From Narcine bancroftii (Eukaryota), in assembly GCF_036971445.1 (NCBI RefSeq), contig NC_091473.1:183892001-183956000 (forward strand): a DNA stretch of 64,000 bases, given 5' to 3'. A model generated the notes under the pieces. It saw only the letters and a program-made list of their open reading frames with translations, ran no database searches and was not told where the DNA came from. The translations under genes were made by a program, and so were the position numbers. Positions 60,494 through 64,000 of the stretch are shown here, piece after piece. Within the stretch, counting starts at the first letter, position 1. Every line of letters starts with the position of its first letter.

Positions 60494-60814
60494 CTCCCTT
60501 CCCTTCTTAGCCAAAAGACCAGACTTTGTGCCAGAGACCTGATCGCCAAGGCTTGTCTCAGTTAGCTCATTTCCCTCCCCCAACAGAATCAAAAATAGTA
60601 TACTTGTTATTAAGGGAATGGCCACAGGGATGCCCTGCACTACCTGCCTGTTCCCTTTCCTGACTGTCACCCAACTTCCCACCTCCTTGGCGTGCTAACA
60701 TCCCTGTAACTCCTCTCTATCATCCTTGCTTTAATTTAAGGCATTAACGTCTAGATATTTTTGAAACCCATCTCAAATTGCTCCCCCAATGACATTTCTT
60801 AATGAATGCCATCT

Positions 60815-62380
60815 CACTGGCTCTGCACAAAGCCCTGGAACACTGGACAGCAAAGGTGTATACATTAGGATGCTCTATGTTAAATACAGTCCAGTATTTA
60901 ACACCATCATCCCCTCAGAATTGATCAGCAAACACCTGATTTACAACCACATCCCATTACTGCAATTTTTGGATTACCTATGATAGATTTGACTTATTTA
61001 TCTCTTCCTGCAGATCGTATGATTGCTTTTCTTACACTAATGGGTAGAAGATCTATACTATTGAATTGGAAAGAGGTTAATCCTCCCACTGTTTTCCAAT
61101 GGTTTACCCAAACTATACTATGTTTAAATTTAGAGAAAATTAGAAACTCTGTCTATGAATCCCCTTCTAAATTTGAGTTAACCTGGTGACCATTTATTCA
61201 ATATTTTCATTTGTGGTGAGTTGATCTGGCTCTGTTTTCTTTTTATGATTATGTATGATAATTGGGCTGTTAGATGAGATCGGAGTGATCGGCGTGATTT
61301 AGCTATATCGGTAGGTTTTTTTTAAAGTTTTTAATTCAGATTTGTTTTTTCTTCCTTTTTGGGGTTTTTTTTTCTCTCTTTTTTTTATATATTTTTATTA
61401 ATTATATCTTTTTTTAGAGATAGTTCATACTCTAAACTGATCTAAATTTTTTTTTAATGATATATTTTTATTCTGCAATATTATTGTTTAATATCTCTGT
61501 ATTAATTCATTATTTACTATGTATTTTTCATATCTCTTTGAACTGTATGTGTTTATAAATTATAATAATAATAAAAAGATTGGAAAAGAAAGAAAGAAAG
61601 CAAACACCAAGCTGGGACTCAACACCCCTCTATGTAATCAGATCCTGGATTTTCTCACCTCCGGACCACAATCAGTGAGGATTGGTAAGAACATCTCCTC
61701 CACAATCTCCATCACAATACTGCATTCTTAACTCCCCCCCCACCTCCCAGCTCTACTCCTACGACTTTGCGGCTCGGTATAACAAAGCCATCTACAAATT
61801 CGCTGACAATACGATGGTTGTGGGTGGTAGAAAAATGGGCAAGAGAAAGAACTTGGCTGAATGGGGCACCAACAACAACCTGGTACTCAGTGTCACCAAA
61901 ACCAAGGAACTGATTGTCGTAGAAGGGAAAAACAGAGGTGTAAAATCCAGTGATCATTGGGGGATCAGAGGTGGAGAGGGTGAGCAAATATAAGTTCTAG
62001 GGAGTTATTATTTGGAAGGATCTTTCCTGGACTCAAACCTCAAATGGCATCGTGAAGAAAGAACGTCAGCACCTCTACTTCCTCGGGAGTTTGCAGAGGT
62101 TGGTATGACACCAGAAACCCTGGCAAGTTTCTACAGATGTGTAGTGGAAAGTGTGCTGAGCAGCTACATCACAGTCTGGTGTGGGGTCACTAATTCCCCC
62201 TGAATATAAAGCTCTGCAAAAGGTAATGGACACAGCCCAGGCCATCACAGGCAAAACACTCCCCACCATCGAAAACGTCTACAGGGAACACTGCCGTCAA
62301 AGAGCAGCAGCAATCATTGAGGATAGACCCTGCCCGGCACATGCTCTATTCTCGCTGCTGCCATCAGGAAAGAGGTGTAG
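60815..62380 (+). mobile_element. Rex1/Babar LINE interrupted by an L1 3' fragment (~60935-61600)
   Basis: FNTIIPSELISK...KFADNT...LPSGKR; the insert has LLNWK...LEKIR and an A-rich tail. Confidence 0.7.
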
Positions 62381-64000
62381 GGGGGGATGTGGCAAGATGG
62401 CGTAGAGGGTAACGTGTGGTTCCACCCTTCCCCAGTTTAGACCATTAAATGTCTGATTTTAAAAGTTGTAAAAGTGATTAAAAATACTGTTTATAGACTT
62501 TGGAATAGTGGAGGATCGAAATGACTGCAAATGTGAAAAAATTGAAAACTCAGTTACAGAAGAAATGACCCTACAAAAGTGTTGAAGAATTGAGGCCTAC
62601 CTATCAAGTTGAAGCCACGGAGTCATTGACTGGAGTCCCCAAACCTCAGAGGATTCCTGCTCGGCTAAGTATTATGTCGGCGCCGCTTGTGCAATCGCAT
62701 GATGGCGCTGGCTCAGCAATGAGTTTGGCCGGGTCCGACTCATGCGCCCATGGGTACACGGGTGGGCCAGCCGAGCGAGGATAGACCTGCGAGCCTGCAG
62801 CATTGCCTGGTGGTCCAGGGGCGTGCAGTGTAGTGTCGGAAGACGCACGAGCGCGGTCGGTGGCCCTACCAGGGATGTGCGGTGCATCACGGGTCTGCAA
62901 ACTTTTGGAGAAAATGTGGGTTATGGGGGAGCCCGAGCGGCTGGGGGGGGGGTGCTGACGAGGTCGGCACGCCGTTGTCAGGGGTCCAGACCCGCAGCCG
63001 CACCGGAAGAGGACCCATTGCTTTGGAGGAAGAAGAGAGCTCAACTTTATTAGAATTTGAAGAACTGGGGACTGAGGCAAAAGAAGTTCGGCCTCAAAGG
63101 GAGGTGATGGATCCTGGACTGGATTCTGTGTTTACAATTCTGGAAGGGATTGCGCAGCAAATGGAACATATGTCAAATATGTCAATGCAGGTGACTAACC
63201 AGATGACTCAAGGATTTTTGGAAATGAAAACTAAAATGAACACTATGTGTGAAGAAATAACTTTTGTGAAGCAAGATATTAATGTAGTTAAGAGTGATAT
63301 TACTAGATGTATACGATCAGTGGATACTGTATACAGTGGTTCCCAACCTTTTTCTTTCCACTCACATACTACTTTAAGTATTCCCTATGCCATAAGTGCT
63401 CTGTGATTAGTAAGGGATTGCTTAAGGTGGTATGTGGGTGGAAAGAAAAAGGTTGAAAACCACTGTTTTAATTGTACCTAATTGACTCGTTATGTACACG
63501 GTTTCAGAACTCCAAAGGAAATGGGCCAATGACAATTTTTCTCAAGCAAAATATTTCAGTAACAATTGGGTCTAGAGCAGTGGTTCTCAACCTTCCCTTC
63601 CCACTCACATACAACCTTAAGCTACCCCTTACTAATCACAGAGCACCAATAGCATTGAGATTACTTAAAGTGGTATGTGAGTGGAAAGAAAAAGGTTGGG
63701 AACCACTGCGTGTACAAGATAACTTTAAAAAGATTGAAGAGGCTTTTCTTGAATGTAAGAATCATGGAATGTATTAGAGAAAAATGGAAAAAGTGGAAGA
63801 TTCTTCATAGATTGGGGATTCAGAAGAAGGACTTATTGAAGAAGATTGATTCATTAGAAAACCAAAGTCGTAGAAATAATGTTAAGATAGTAGGTCTTCT
63901 GGAAGATATGGAAGGTTTGGATTCGGTGAAGTTTTTTAAGAAATGGATCCCAGAAGTGTTGGGTAAGGAATTCTTTCCAGATGGTCTGGAATTAGACCGA
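62380..64000 (+). mobile_element. L1 5' end and degenerate ORF1 (runs off the window)
   Basis: gggg...caagatggcg start; coiled coil then KIDSLENQSRRNNVKIVGL (L1 ORF1 RRM start). Confidence 0.8.
63334..63708. mobile_element. hAT-type MITE inside L1 ORF1
   Basis: TIRs cagtggttcccaacc / ggttgggaaccactg with internal inverted duplications. Confidence 0.85.

Overview
Repeat-rich vertebrate genomic DNA, most likely a cartilaginous fish (inferred from the CR1/Rex1/Penelope/L1/RTE repeat mix). Three host genes can be assembled from splice-flanked exons on the minus strand: (1) the 5' part of SMG9 (exons 5118-5192 and 3692-3923, probable CpG-island first exon near 6.9-7.0 kb); (2) a complete 8-exon, ~450-aa, strongly diverged KCNN4/SK4-like Ca2+-activated K+ channel (22567 to 12430), in the same order and orientation relative to SMG9 as in human; (3) a PRDM9-like gene (SSXRD, PR/SET, C2H2 array; 59484 to 34175) that looks pseudogenised, with a CGA-to-TGA stop and several frameshifts. 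A possible unannotated small plus-strand gene lies between SMG9 and KCNN4. Mobile elements include an internally deleted class I ERV (tRNA-Pro PBS) with three solo LTRs, a second ~1-kb solo-LTR family (4 copies), short solo LTRs, a full-length RTE LINE with an open 1116-aa ORF and 169-bp 5' monomers, L1 fragments, hAT elements, Penelope remnants with hammerhead-like motifs, and an unusual Gypsy integrase cassette bounded by 51-bp inverted termini with a perfect 5-bp TSD inside KCNN4 intron 2. All homology calls come from motif recognition by eye; no searches were run.
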